A stretch of 63,772 bases of DNA, filler included, from Lama guanicoe (Eukaryota): NCBI GenBank assembly GCA_013239625.1. It is 199 parts of 199 records of this genome, joined end to end, with 100 filler letters (N's around TTAATTAATTAA, not from the genome) between each part and the next. Parts side by side here need not be neighbours in the genome. Positions count along the whole stretch, not along the records: positions 49,428 to 49,648 come from PNXV01040642.1; positions 49,749 to 49,969 come from PNXV01040643.1; positions 50,070 to 50,290 come from PNXV01040644.1; positions 50,391 to 50,611 come from PNXV01040645.1; positions 50,712 to 50,932 come from PNXV01040646.1; positions 51,033 to 51,253 come from PNXV01040647.1; positions 51,354 to 51,574 come from PNXV01040648.1; positions 51,675 to 51,895 come from PNXV01040649.1; 191 more parts are not named here. One strand, given 5' to 3'. The notes below the pieces were generated by a model that worked only from the letters and a program-made list of their open reading frames with translations, did not search any database and had not been told where the DNA came from. Position 1 is the stretch's first letter, and every line of letters begins with the position of its first letter. Shown one piece after another: positions 49,428 through 61,705 of the stretch. Made by a program: the position numbers and the translations under genes.

Positions 49428-49648
49428 GCAGGCCGCTGGCCACCTGCGGGCGGAGGAGGCGGGGACCCGGGCCCTCTGCGCGGGGTCCGCCCGCGATCCC
49501 GGCATTCCTCCCGGCCTGACTTCCCGCCTCCGCGTCGCGCCCCCTTCTTGGCTTCCGGGGCGGGTCCGGACTTGGTGGTAGTGACTTTAAAGACACGCGG
49601 GGTGAACCCCGGCCCTGTTGTCTGCCCACCAGCTTCGGGGTCCAAACC
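49428..49648. promoter_or_regulatory. CpG-island promoter-like fragment
   Basis: CpG-dense. GC boxes at 49448-49453 and 49557-49564, an E2F-like TTCCCGCC at 49521-49528 and an ETS-like CTTCCGG at 49552-49558. Confidence 0.6.
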
Positions 49649-50069
49649 NNNNNNNNNNNNNNNNNNNNNNNNNNNNNNNNNNNNNNNNNNNNTTAATTAA
49701 TTAANNNNNNNNNNNNNNNNNNNNNNNNNNNNNNNNNNNNNNNNNNNNCTTTGTTGATTATACCTTAATAAAGCTGGAAGGAAAAAAGATACTTTTAATG
49801 GCATTTTGTTATTGGGCATCAAGCAAGAAAATGTGAAGCACCGAAGTCTTCAGAATAATGCAAAGAACGGGGCTTGAGGCTGCATGTGAGGTGAAGGCTG
49901 TGCTTTAAGAGTGGAGGGTGTGAAGAGAGGGAGTGTGTGCTGGGGGAAGGCAGGGACGGAGCAGGGGTTNNNNNNNNNNNNNNNNNNNNNNNNNNNNNNN
50001 NNNNNNNNNNNNNTTAATTAATTAANNNNNNNNNNNNNNNNNNNNNNNNNNNNNNNNNNNNNNNNNNNN

Positions 50070-50143
50070 GGAGGTACTCAGGATTGCACCCTGGACGTTG
50101 GGCATGAAAGCACACACTGTAGTGCTGAGCTATACCCTCCCCC
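50070..50143 (-). mobile_element. vic-1 SINE, diverged
   Basis: ggaggtactcaggattg...ctgagctataccctccccc. Confidence 0.85.
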
Positions 50144-50799
50144 TTGAACGTGGCTCAGGATGGCCCTGTATTTGCACTGATCCAGGCACATGGAAGGATC
50201 AAACAAGATGCCAGGTGATCCTGAAACACGTGCAAGAGAAAGACTGTGCAGTACATCCCAGCTTTAGCACCTGGAGGGCATTCACTGTCTNNNNNNNNNN
50301 NNNNNNNNNNNNNNNNNNNNNNNNNNNNNNNNNNTTAATTAATTAANNNNNNNNNNNNNNNNNNNNNNNNNNNNNNNNNNNNNNNNNNNNGGAGCCAGCG
50401 CTCGGCAGTGCCAGGGTGGGGACGGGACAGTCGGGCACGTGTAACCACCACCATCTGCCCCCCATATGTCTCTCCAGGCCCTGGTCGGAGAACACCAAGA
50501 CCGCCAGGAAATGCTGGGGGTCCCTCGTCAGTGGCTTTCCCGCCTCTCTGAACAGATGGAGCTCAAAGCTTGTACTACAGGCAGCAAGCGTGCAGAGGGG
50601 ACACCATCTCTNNNNNNNNNNNNNNNNNNNNNNNNNNNNNNNNNNNNNNNNNNNNTTAATTAATTAANNNNNNNNNNNNNNNNNNNNNNNNNNNNNNNNN
50701 NNNNNNNNNNNAGCAGGGTGGTTCTGGGAATATTTACTAGTCTACCTTCACTTGAAAACTTGCCGTTAATGTTACAGCTACCAATGCTTCCGCACTGTG

Positions 50800-50900
50800 G
50801 CTCTCAGTTTAAGTACCTGATAGATTCTGATTGGCCAAGCTTGGATCGGTGTCCACTCATGATCCAGTTATGACCAAAAGGGCAGAGTCACATAGTAGGA
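50800..50900 (-). mobile_element. Old MaLR (MLT1J/K-like) fragment
   Basis: tctgattggccaagcttgg...gtccac...gggcagagtcacat. Confidence 0.5.
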
Positions 50901-51496
50901 ACTGTCTGCAGGATTTTCCCCTTGTGTTTGGTNNNNNNNNNNNNNNNNNNNNNNNNNNNNNNNNNNNNNNNNNNNNTTAATTAATTAANNNNNNNNNNNN
51001 NNNNNNNNNNNNNNNNNNNNNNNNNNNNNNNNGCCTGCGGGGTCTTCCCAGAACGGGGCCTCCGGTGGGTGACGAGACAGGCGCCCTTGCTGGGACTCAG
51101 AGCGTGTCAAGGTGGAGAGCCTCCAGGCTTTGGAAGCCACCTGCCACCAAGGCACCTCTGGAATGGGACAGCTGGAGCCGTCAAGGCCTGAGATGGCTGG
51201 TGCTCACGTGATGCGTGGAGACGAGCTGCGTGGGGTGGTGCCCCGTGGGAGTGNNNNNNNNNNNNNNNNNNNNNNNNNNNNNNNNNNNNNNNNNNNNTTA
51301 ATTAATTAANNNNNNNNNNNNNNNNNNNNNNNNNNNNNNNNNNNNNNNNNNNNAAAAAAGTTTAAAAAATAAAATAAATAAAATGACAAATTTTAATGTT
51401 CTATGAAAAAGATCAGATTGAGGAGAAGGTAGTGTGACAACATATTGAGCTAACACCTAAATGTGTATCTATTAGGAAACATTAAAAGTATCTACT

Positions 51497-51574
51497 AAAA
51501 GGGATCCAAATTGGAAAAGAAGAAATAAAACTGTCACTGTTTGCAGATGACGTGATACTATACATAGAAAATCC
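51497..51574 (+). mobile_element. L1 ORF2 RT fragment at a probable 5' truncation junction
   Basis: [25 protein letters not shown] with an intact FADD. The upstream sequence is not ORF2-like. Confidence 0.92.
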
Positions 51575-52958
51575 NNNNNNNNNNNNNNNNNNNNNNNNNN
51601 NNNNNNNNNNNNNNNNNNTTAATTAATTAANNNNNNNNNNNNNNNNNNNNNNNNNNNNNNNNNNNNNNNNNNNNAGTTTATGGGGGACCAAGGTTGTTCT
51701 GTTCCGTATCCCCTCCCAGCCACGGCACACAGCCCCCTGCAGTCCCTCAGGGCTATCTCAGTGCAGCTTCCCCGGGCCTCCGCCTGGCTTGGGCAGCCTG
51801 TCCCAGCCCCAGCTGCCGGCTCACGTCTCAGGCTGGGTGTCACAGAGACCCTTTGTGCCCATTTAACTCAGTTCTGTTGGTCAAGGGGTGCTCAGNNNNN
51901 NNNNNNNNNNNNNNNNNNNNNNNNNNNNNNNNNNNNNNNTTAATTAATTAANNNNNNNNNNNNNNNNNNNNNNNNNNNNNNNNNNNNNNNNNNNNCTCGC
52001 ACTCCCATGACAGCCCCCCGGGATGGGTTTGTGGAACTCAGACCGCTGCCTGCAGGTCCCCTTCTTGCCCAGTCACAAGAACATCACCACACTGAGTCAG
52101 GAGAATGAAGAAGCAGAACAAGACAGCTATGTCACACTGACACTGGGGAGGAAGTCACCAGTGGTACAGGCCCCTGAATCTCAACCGGGTATCAGCTTTG
52201 TCACTGTTGCCTTCTCNNNNNNNNNNNNNNNNNNNNNNNNNNNNNNNNNNNNNNNNNNNNTTAATTAATTAANNNNNNNNNNNNNNNNNNNNNNNNNNNN
52301 NNNNNNNNNNNNNNNNTCACATGCTCTATCCAGCCCTATCACCAACAGGTTAGGGTCACCTTCCCATAACATCTTCCTGAACAGTCTCTCCATAATATTC
52401 AACCAGAAGATTCCATGTGTCAGAGGGCACATCTTGAACTACATTGAAAGGGACCTTAAAACATCATCAGACGGATTTTATTCACCTTCTACTCTCCAGG
52501 GGATTTGAATGTGTTTTTCTGACTGGATCTTATCAGGNNNNNNNNNNNNNNNNNNNNNNNNNNNNNNNNNNNNNNNNNNNNTTAATTAATTAANNNNNNN
52601 NNNNNNNNNNNNNNNNNNNNNNNNNNNNNNNNNNNNNAAGAGGGGAAAGACTGGGAATAAGACATCATCACAAGGACTCTCAAGCATAATTCAACAATCA
52701 TATTTTCATTCATTCAAGAGAGAGTTACTGAGGGCGTATTTTGTGCAAAATTGTACAGAGGGCAAAGTAAGAGTGCAGCGTCCGTGGTGGCAGCAAGTGT
52801 TCGGGCTCAAATACACTTCTAATCCCGGTACCTTGCACACTTGTCCTCAGTATAAAGGNNNNNNNNNNNNNNNNNNNNNNNNNNNNNNNNNNNNNNNNNN
52901 NNTTAATTAATTAANNNNNNNNNNNNNNNNNNNNNNNNNNNNNNNNNNNNNNNNNNNN

Positions 52959-53100
52959 TGTGGTTCCTTCTTCATGCCTTCAGTTGTAGGAGTTTTTCTC
53001 TGATAGATTCTGGTCTTTTTCATGGATGGTTGCTCTGCAAATAATTGTGGTGTGGTTGGCCTGTGAAAGGAGGTGATCTCAGGGTCCTTCTGCTTTGCTG
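52959..53100 (-). mobile_element. L1 5' terminus
   Basis: tgtggttccttctt...ttcagttgtagg...gatggttgctctgcaaata...ggaggtgatctcagggtccttct. Confidence 0.65.
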
Positions 53101-53941
53101 AGTTGCCTCGACAATCAATTAAGGAATCACAACAATGGTGCTGGTACTGCTGTCATCCTCATTATCAAATTGAGAAAATNNNNNNNNNNNNNNNNNNNNN
53201 NNNNNNNNNNNNNNNNNNNNNNNTTAATTAATTAANNNNNNNNNNNNNNNNNNNNNNNNNNNNNNNNNNNNNNNNNNNNCTCTTGTCCTAGCAGGAGGTT
53301 CCTACTGCATGCTACTCAGCATTAGGCTTTTTGTGGGAACAAGTGGGGTTCTCAGTCCTCCTGACCTGTCTCAATTTTAGGCAGAGTCTACACACCTGGG
53401 CCTCTAAGGTAGGGTCTTCTCATAGTCCTGCCCTTCCTCAATCCCCATGGCAGTCTAATTCTGCCTTGAATTTGTGATAGCTCTGTGGCACACACACACA
53501 NNNNNNNNNNNNNNNNNNNNNNNNNNNNNNNNNNNNNNNNNNNNTTAATTAATTAANNNNNNNNNNNNNNNNNNNNNNNNNNNNNNNNNNNNNNNNNNNN
53601 GATCCATGTAAAATCTGTGTTTGTGTTCATAAGTTTTGATAAATTTAAATTTTATAATGGATTTGTGTATATTTTGTGGTAGTAAGTGATCAAACAGACT
53701 GCCATCTACATATATTTTATGCATGTATCGCATAACCATATTTTGCTTAATTTTTTTATGTTTCTAGGCTGCGCAGTTCATCTGCAAGCTTTTTCAAATT
53801 GCTGCAAATCTCAAAAATATTNNNNNNNNNNNNNNNNNNNNNNNNNNNNNNNNNNNNNNNNNNNNTTAATTAATTAANNNNNNNNNNNNNNNNNNNNNNN
53901 NNNNNNNNNNNNNNNNNNNNNAAATTTTTTTCTATTTCTTT

Positions 53942-54092
53942 AGCTTTGTATCTATGTGAGTTGATGGGATTCTGTAAACTTATTGTGATAACCATTTTAT
54001 GATGCATGTTAAGTCAAATCATTATGCTGTACACCTGAAACTGGTACAGTGCAGTATCTCAATTACATGTCAATAAAACTGGAAGAAAAAAA
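53942..54092 (+). mobile_element. L1MA9/MB-type 3' terminus
   Basis: aacttattgtgataaccattt...tcaaatcattatgctgtacacct...caataaaactggaagaaaaaa. Confidence 0.85.
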
Positions 54093-54242
54093 GTTTTAGC
54101 TCCATGTAAAATTTCAAGTTTGATACTGAAGTTCTCTTTCTTNNNNNNNNNNNNNNNNNNNNNNNNNNNNNNNNNNNNNNNNNNNNTTAATTAATTAANN
54201 NNNNNNNNNNNNNNNNNNNNNNNNNNNNNNNNNNNNNNNNNN

Positions 54243-54400
54243 ATATCCCAGTCATGCATTTACATACATGTGTTTATTTTCATATACTTTTCATTAAAGG
54301 TTATTGCACAATACTGACTGTAGTTCCCTGTGCTATGCAGGAGAAACTTGGTTGTTGTCAACTTTTGTAGGTAGTGGTTAACATTGCATATCTCCCTATG
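54243..54400 (-). mobile_element. Cetartiodactyl-type L1 3' UTR
   Basis: cattaaaggttattgcacaatactgactgtagttccctgtgctat. Confidence 0.75.
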
Positions 54401-56899
54401 GATCCTTTTGAGACTTTCCTCTTTGCCACTAGAGCTGAGCAGTTGGAGTATGATCTGCCTTCTNNNNNNNNNNNNNNNNNNNNNNNNNNNNNNNNNNNNN
54501 NNNNNNNTTAATTAATTAANNNNNNNNNNNNNNNNNNNNNNNNNNNNNNNNNNNNNNNNNNNNTTCCCAGCAAGCATTGGTGAGTGTGAACAAGGCCTGT
54601 GGGAGCACACTCATCGTCCCTTCTCCCCATCTCTCAAGTTGTGAACACTGACAGTGCCCTCCTCATGGCTGTGGGGCCATAACACCAACCCAGAAGCCCC
54701 CTAGAGTCACGTGCCTGGCCATTTATGTGTCTCACCTGCTCTCAAAAGCCTAAAAATTAAGTGAGCTGGAAGCTGCCATCTTCCNNNNNNNNNNNNNNNN
54801 NNNNNNNNNNNNNNNNNNNNNNNNNNNNTTAATTAATTAANNNNNNNNNNNNNNNNNNNNNNNNNNNNNNNNNNNNNNNNNNNNTCAATGTCATCGATTT
54901 TTCATTTTGCCTCATGCTCCAATATGGTTTGGCACAAGACTGTAAAACTGTCTGGACTGGGATTTAAATCTGATTTATCGTATACAAATGGTATTATCAA
55001 ACCAGGGTTACATGCAGTCACTAAGGAGTGAAGGCAGACAGAACAAAGAAAAGTTCTGAGGACTGAGACTCAGAACAGAACAAATGTAATTAACCCAGCA
55101 AGGGANNNNNNNNNNNNNNNNNNNNNNNNNNNNNNNNNNNNNNNNNNNNTTAATTAATTAANNNNNNNNNNNNNNNNNNNNNNNNNNNNNNNNNNNNNNN
55201 NNNNNCCTTGTTTATATATGGATATAGCTAACTCTGTATACAGTTTAGAGCAAAAAAAGTGAAAGAAAAAAGAAATCAAGAACTAAGATTAACCCATCGC
55301 CCTGGGATTCCCATGTTTACAATGGAGAGTTTCCTTTTAAAAGAAAAAAAAATTATTTTTGATTATATCCTAATCAGATGCTTCAGTATCCAGACCTGAA
55401 TATTAAAAACCACACTGTTGAGTGTGNNNNNNNNNNNNNNNNNNNNNNNNNNNNNNNNNNNNNNNNNNNNTTAATTAATTAANNNNNNNNNNNNNNNNNN
55501 NNNNNNNNNNNNNNNNNNNNNNNNNNGCAGACAGTATACAGAAGAATCAAGACTTGGAATTTGAAAGAAACAGAGAACGATTTGAATTTTTAAAGGTATG
55601 GGCGGAGTTTGGTTCCACTGGTTGATTCTTTATGTGTGTCCCATGCCAGGGAGAGGTGCCTAGGAGGTGAGCTACATAAGGTGTGTCTGGCACTCATAGT
55701 GTTCTTCCTATTTTTCAGTCCTAGTGGGGTTCTCAGGCCTTTTGCAANNNNNNNNNNNNNNNNNNNNNNNNNNNNNNNNNNNNNNNNNNNNTTAATTAAT
55801 TAANNNNNNNNNNNNNNNNNNNNNNNNNNNNNNNNNNNNNNNNNNNNACGACAGTCAAACGGGCTGACCCTACTGGAATGTTCTTCTCAAAACCTGCTGT
55901 TAACTTTTATTTGCTGCCATTGGCTTTATAGCAGCAGGCTTTACGAACTTTTCCCAGTATAAAATTGCATACAGTTGGATGTGCTTTTTCCGAGGTGTGT
56001 GTCCCTGGGAGATTCTGACGACCAACTCTCGGAGAGGACCAGCCCCCTCCTCCGCTCACACGGAGAAGNNNNNNNNNNNNNNNNNNNNNNNNNNNNNNNN
56101 NNNNNNNNNNNNTTAATTAATTAANNNNNNNNNNNNNNNNNNNNNNNNNNNNNNNNNNNNNNNNNNNNTGATTTGAAATGATTACACATGTAGACGCCAA
56201 GTATAAAATAAACAATCTACCCAAGTTCCCAAAGGATCCATCGTGATCTTAGCAGGTACTTTCCTTACAAAGCCTCCTCCCCAGGTGGGCATCCGGGACG
56301 ACACCTGGAAGATGAGGAAGGTAAGAAGGCCCAGAAAGCCCACCCTCATTTTCCCTCTGAGGTCTCAAATGACTTTCCCAGTGAAGAGCNNNNNNNNNNN
56401 NNNNNNNNNNNNNNNNNNNNNNNNNNNNNNNNNTTAATTAATTAANNNNNNNNNNNNNNNNNNNNNNNNNNNNNNNNNNNNNNNNNNNNAATACAGAACT
56501 GGGGGTGGGGGTGGGGTCAAAGTTCTGTGTCTTAGTTTTAGGCCCCTCAGAAGTCGATCCAAGGATTCAAGTGCAGGCTGGGCGTCTGGCTGAGGAGACA
56601 CCGGAGGAGGATTTGGGGAGTGAGACCAGGAAGGGGAGGCACTGATAATGGCCCTCAGGAAGCCAGTTCCTGCCCTGGGCCACCCGTCAGCGCAGCGGGC
56701 AACCTGCACTNNNNNNNNNNNNNNNNNNNNNNNNNNNNNNNNNNNNNNNNNNNNTTAATTAATTAANNNNNNNNNNNNNNNNNNNNNNNNNNNNNNNNNN
56801 NNNNNNNNNNTATACTTCAGTTTAAAATTTTGGTATTGTAAAATAAATACATAAATAAAGTTTTAAAAAACCTGGGAGAAAACAAACAAAACAAAATCA

Positions 56900-57031
56900 T
56901 TGTTTTAAGTTCCATATCCTGATAGCATATGATGTTGACCATCTTTTCATATGTATTTCCATTTATGTATCTTCTTTGATGGGGTATCTGTTCAGGCTTT
57001 TGTTTATTCTCTTTCATTGAGTTATTTGTTT
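56900..57031 (-). mobile_element. L1 ORF2/3' fragment
   Basis: atgatgttgaccatcttttcatatg...tgtatcttctttg...tatctgttcag. Confidence 0.75.
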
Positions 57032-57452
57032 NNNNNNNNNNNNNNNNNNNNNNNNNNNNNNNNNNNNNNNNNNNNTTAATTAATTAANNNNNNNNNNNNN
57101 NNNNNNNNNNNNNNNNNNNNNNNNNNNNNNNAACTGAAGGACATCAGATGGAAAACATTATTTGGCTGAGTTACTAGGGGCAAGGGAACGCAGGGCAGTG
57201 GAGAAACATACCGCGTGGGTTTGGGAGGGGGCGGTCAGCGGCTTTCAGCGCTGGAAAGGGGATTCATGGTGGTGTGCAGGTGAAGCCTGGAAAACTAGGA
57301 CCTTGGAGAGGCCCAAGTGAGGCCCTGGGTCTGTAGGTGGTTGGTGGAAACANNNNNNNNNNNNNNNNNNNNNNNNNNNNNNNNNNNNNNNNNNNNTTAA
57401 TTAATTAANNNNNNNNNNNNNNNNNNNNNNNNNNNNNNNNNNNNNNNNNNNN

Positions 57453-57673
57453 TAGTGATTTAATATTTTTAAAGATTAGACCCCATTTACAGTTATTAAA
57501 ATGATGGCTATATCTTCCTGTGCTGTGTAATAGATTCTTGTTTCTTGTCTATATTATATGTAGTGGTTCGTACCTCTTAGACTCCTGCCCCACCTGGCCT
57601 TTCCTCACCTCTTTCTCCCAATGGTGAACACCAGTTTGCTATGTCTGTGGGTCTGTTTCTGTTTTGCTAGATA
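57453..57673 (-). mobile_element. Cetartiodactyl-type L1 3' UTR
   Basis: ccatttacagttattaaaat...ggctata...cctgtgctgt...ggtgaacaccagtttg...gtctgtttctgttttgcta. Confidence 0.8.
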
Positions 57674-57773
57674 NNNNNNNNNNNNNNNNNNNNNNNNNNN
57701 NNNNNNNNNNNNNNNNNTTAATTAATTAANNNNNNNNNNNNNNNNNNNNNNNNNNNNNNNNNNNNNNNNNNNN

Positions 57774-57994
57774 CTTAGGTGTGTCACGTGAACCCAAGTT
57801 CTAACTCTCGGGAGACTGGTGGCACAAGGGCTGCTTAGCAGCACCTGCTGGAGCCCTTTCCATTGAGGTTGAGGAGTTCTTCTGGAAGTATCTTTTCCTG
57901 TAGGTAAGATATCCAGGTTGCAAGGTGTGACGCTTGCATCTCTGTCTCCTGAGAGGTACTGTGAAGAGACGGCTTCTGAGGAGAATCTTGGAGA
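57774..57994 (-). mobile_element. ERV class I integrase C-terminal (GPY/F) region, degenerate
   Basis: HTLQPGYLTYRKRYFQKNS, then a frameshift, then QPQWKGLQQVLLSSPCATSLPRVRTWVHVTHL. This matches the LQPGD...PRWKGPYQVLL...WIHVTHLK pattern. Confidence 0.85.
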
Positions 57995-58094
57995 NNNNNN
58001 NNNNNNNNNNNNNNNNNNNNNNNNNNNNNNNNNNNNNNTTAATTAATTAANNNNNNNNNNNNNNNNNNNNNNNNNNNNNNNNNNNNNNNNNNNN

Positions 58095-58315
58095 GGTCAC
58101 AGAAAAAAGAGAACAGGAAACACCAACGAAGAAAAGTATCAAACATTGATATAAGAGAAGTTTCCAGCATTGCAGATCATAAATTTCCAAACTGAAGGAG
58201 CCTCTGAGTGCTCAGTCCAGTGAATGAAGACAGACATACACCCAAGTATAACACTGTAGGATTTCCGAAGACTGAGAAAAAGAGAAGATTCTATAAGCTT
58301 CCATAGATGGGAAAA
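58095..58315 (+). mobile_element. Old L1/HAL1 ORF1 fragment
   Basis: Degenerate EKFP.L...EGA...TPKY...KEKIL*AS, colinear with ORF1p. Confidence 0.65.
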
Positions 58316-59378
58316 NNNNNNNNNNNNNNNNNNNNNNNNNNNNNNNNNNNNNNNNNNNNTTAATTAATTAANNNNNNNNNNNNNNNNNNNNNNNNNNNNN
58401 NNNNNNNNNNNNNNNATAATAACCTGGAATAATCCTGCTTTCAGGTGTTTTAAAAATACCTTAGAAACTTGAAAAAAATGTATAACTAAAAGAATGTAAT
58501 AGGAAATTAGAGAAGGGGGCTCAGGAAATGTTGGAAAACCATAATTTTTTAGGTGGCAGAACTGCAAACTGATGCAACTAAAATACATCTAACTCTTCTT
58601 TAAGGAACCTGAAAGAGGAACTCATAGATAATGCATNNNNNNNNNNNNNNNNNNNNNNNNNNNNNNNNNNNNNNNNNNNNTTAATTAATTAANNNNNNNN
58701 NNNNNNNNNNNNNNNNNNNNNNNNNNNNNNNNNNNNTCTCATTTCCTAGAGGAGAAACCATCGTTAGTGAGGTCAGGGTGATTGAAATAATAACTGAGGG
58801 CCTCAGGCTCTGGTCCCGAGCCCCCTGGTGAGCATGCCCAGGCTCTCGGTGATGGTACTGTGCTGTCTTGGAAGGGTGCCTGCCTTCTTGTGGCACGACT
58901 TTCTGACTCAAAGAGGCGACGTTGGTGGCTGACATCACAGTGAGACGAAGATAAAATNNNNNNNNNNNNNNNNNNNNNNNNNNNNNNNNNNNNNNNNNNN
59001 NTTAATTAATTAANNNNNNNNNNNNNNNNNNNNNNNNNNNNNNNNNNNNNNNNNNNNGTTAATGAGGCCAAGGTCATAGCCAATTCTCATAGAGGGGAAA
59101 AAAAAAGTTCTGTTTTTTTCTCACGTAATAGCTCAGGCCACATATCAAACCTACCGTTCACAGACTTGCATTTCTTGTTACTAGTGAAGTGCATGAAAGG
59201 GTGAATGGTGTAACAGACGTTCTCAGATTGCAGGGCTGATGGTCCTGTTTCATCCTGGGTCTAAACCACTTTAAAATGNNNNNNNNNNNNNNNNNNNNNN
59301 NNNNNNNNNNNNNNNNNNNNNNTTAATTAATTAANNNNNNNNNNNNNNNNNNNNNNNNNNNNNNNNNNNNNNNNNNNN

Positions 59379-59590
59379 AGGGACAGAGAGTAGAATGGTG
59401 GTGGCCAGTGGCGGGGAGAAAGGGGAGTGGGAGTTACTGTCCTGTGAGTAACGAGTTTCAGTTTTGCAAGATGAAAAAGTTCTGGAGATCAGTTGCACAA
59501 CAATGTGAAAATCCTTAACATTAATGAACTGTACACTTCAAAATGGCTAAAATGGTGAATTTATATTATGTGTATTTTACCACAATTTAA
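59379..59590 (+). mobile_element. L1MB 3' terminus
   Basis: agagtagaatggtggt...gagtttcagttttgcaagatgaaaaagttctggagat...gaactgtacactt.aaaatgg...tgtattttaccacaat. Confidence 0.92.
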
Positions 59591-61639
59591 ATTTTCATTN
59601 NNNNNNNNNNNNNNNNNNNNNNNNNNNNNNNNNNNNNNNNNNNTTAATTAATTAANNNNNNNNNNNNNNNNNNNNNNNNNNNNNNNNNNNNNNNNNNNNG
59701 TGCTTGGCTGTCTCTGTCGTGTCCTTGTGCATCTTACACATACGAAGTAGAAAGTGGTAATTTCATTTAATAAGGTGAATGAATTTTGCCTCCCAAGTGG
59801 AGCAGACAGGATACCGTTCAATTCCGCAGTGTCAGTTGGTTCCCACAGGCTTCACTGGCTTTCTCCCCGTCGACCTTCTCGGGCAACAGGATGAGCAGGG
59901 GCACCAGCTAGGGCCCTGGGNNNNNNNNNNNNNNNNNNNNNNNNNNNNNNNNNNNNNNNNNNNNTTAATTAATTAANNNNNNNNNNNNNNNNNNNNNNNN
60001 NNNNNNNNNNNNNNNNNNNNAAATGCTGTATGTTGATTTAGAGAAGGAAATCGTATTTGTCTTAAAATGCTTTTTATTAGTCTGTGTAATTGCTTTCATT
60101 AGTCTTGGTGATGGTAATAATGTTACCATTGTACAAATCAGAATGTGCGCTGTTATTTGTCTTGTCAGTAACCTTTAAATTATTTAGATACGTAAGTTTA
60201 TTTCTGAGTGTTGTTTGAAAAGGGATGCCAGAGCTACAAATNNNNNNNNNNNNNNNNNNNNNNNNNNNNNNNNNNNNNNNNNNNNTTAATTAATTAANNN
60301 NNNNNNNNNNNNNNNNNNNNNNNNNNNNNNNNNNNNNNNNNAATGCAGAGGCTTCTTCAGTGCCTGGTGGTGACGGGGTGATGGCAGACATTGGCAGTAA
60401 ATCCAACATCACACTTCCCTTTCAGCATAGAGAGCAACGGAATGAAACCACTTTCTGTTTAGGGATTCCGATTCCACAATGGATCAGCAGACACAACTAG
60501 AACTCTGATTAAATCAATACGGCAACAAGGTTGCTTTTAAAACTGAAAGTAACTTGCTTCTCNNNNNNNNNNNNNNNNNNNNNNNNNNNNNNNNNNNNNN
60601 NNNNNNTTAATTAATTAANNNNNNNNNNNNNNNNNNNNNNNNNNNNNNNNNNNNNNNNNNNNTTTTTTTTTTAATTTTAAGGCTTACTAGTATGATTTAT
60701 ATTTTAATTGCTTTCTCTACTTCAATTTCTTTCTGGTACTGTATCCAGCATCGAATCCTTGTTGGATCTTACCCGGACCCTCATTCATCCATTTATTTTT
60801 CATCTCTTTGATGAGATTCTTAGCTCTTGGTGCTTTCCATTCCTTCCAATACTATTACACCTCCCACAACCCATACCTCCAACNNNNNNNNNNNNNNNNN
60901 NNNNNNNNNNNNNNNNNNNNNNNNNNNTTAATTAATTAANNNNNNNNNNNNNNNNNNNNNNNNNNNNNNNNNNNNNNNNNNNNGGCTCCAGGGTCCACAC
61001 ACTTAATCAGGGTGTGATAGAATCTGGGTATCACTGTCATCAGCAAAGGGCTTACCACAGTGTTGTGAGTTTTTACCCCTAAATCCACATATATGCACAC
61101 ACACAATTTTTCCCCCAAGAGACAAATCCAAAAGCTGCCACCAGCTTGAAACTACCTTCAAACAACTTCAGACCATGTGGGTTTCAGGAATGTTGACATC
61201 CAGCNNNNNNNNNNNNNNNNNNNNNNNNNNNNNNNNNNNNNNNNNNNNTTAATTAATTAANNNNNNNNNNNNNNNNNNNNNNNNNNNNNNNNNNNNNNNN
61301 NNNNCCTCCTTGGATTTTGCAGTCAATTTATTCCCTTTCTTTGCTTAGACCACACAGGGTTAGATTTCCACCACTAACAGCTGAAAGAGATTTCAGCAGC
61401 CAGAGAGAGCCAGGGACCTTCCCAGAGGCACCCAGCATTTTGGTGTTGGAGCCAAAGTCTCTGTAGATGCTGCCTGTTTCCCTGTTGCCTGGTCTGTCTG
61501 GGGGTGGGAGGGGCAGAGGGCAAGGNNNNNNNNNNNNNNNNNNNNNNNNNNNNNNNNNNNNNNNNNNNNTTAATTAATTAANNNNNNNNNNNNNNNNNNN
61601 NNNNNNNNNNNNNNNNNNNNNNNNNTGTCTGGGACATGA

Positions 61640-61705
61640 ATGTCATCTAAGTCACCCAAGGATCTTGTTAAAACGCAGACTTCGATTCAGTAGGTCTGGA
61701 GTGGA
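61640..61705. mobile_element. MER5-like hAT fragment
   Basis: tcacc...cttgttaaaacgcaga...gattcagtaggtctggagtgg. Confidence 0.65.

Noticed and set aside
9308..57994. A single provirus assembled from the LTR, PBS and two integrase pieces
   Set aside because: The pieces lie on independent contigs with different degrees of decay, so there is no linkage evidence.
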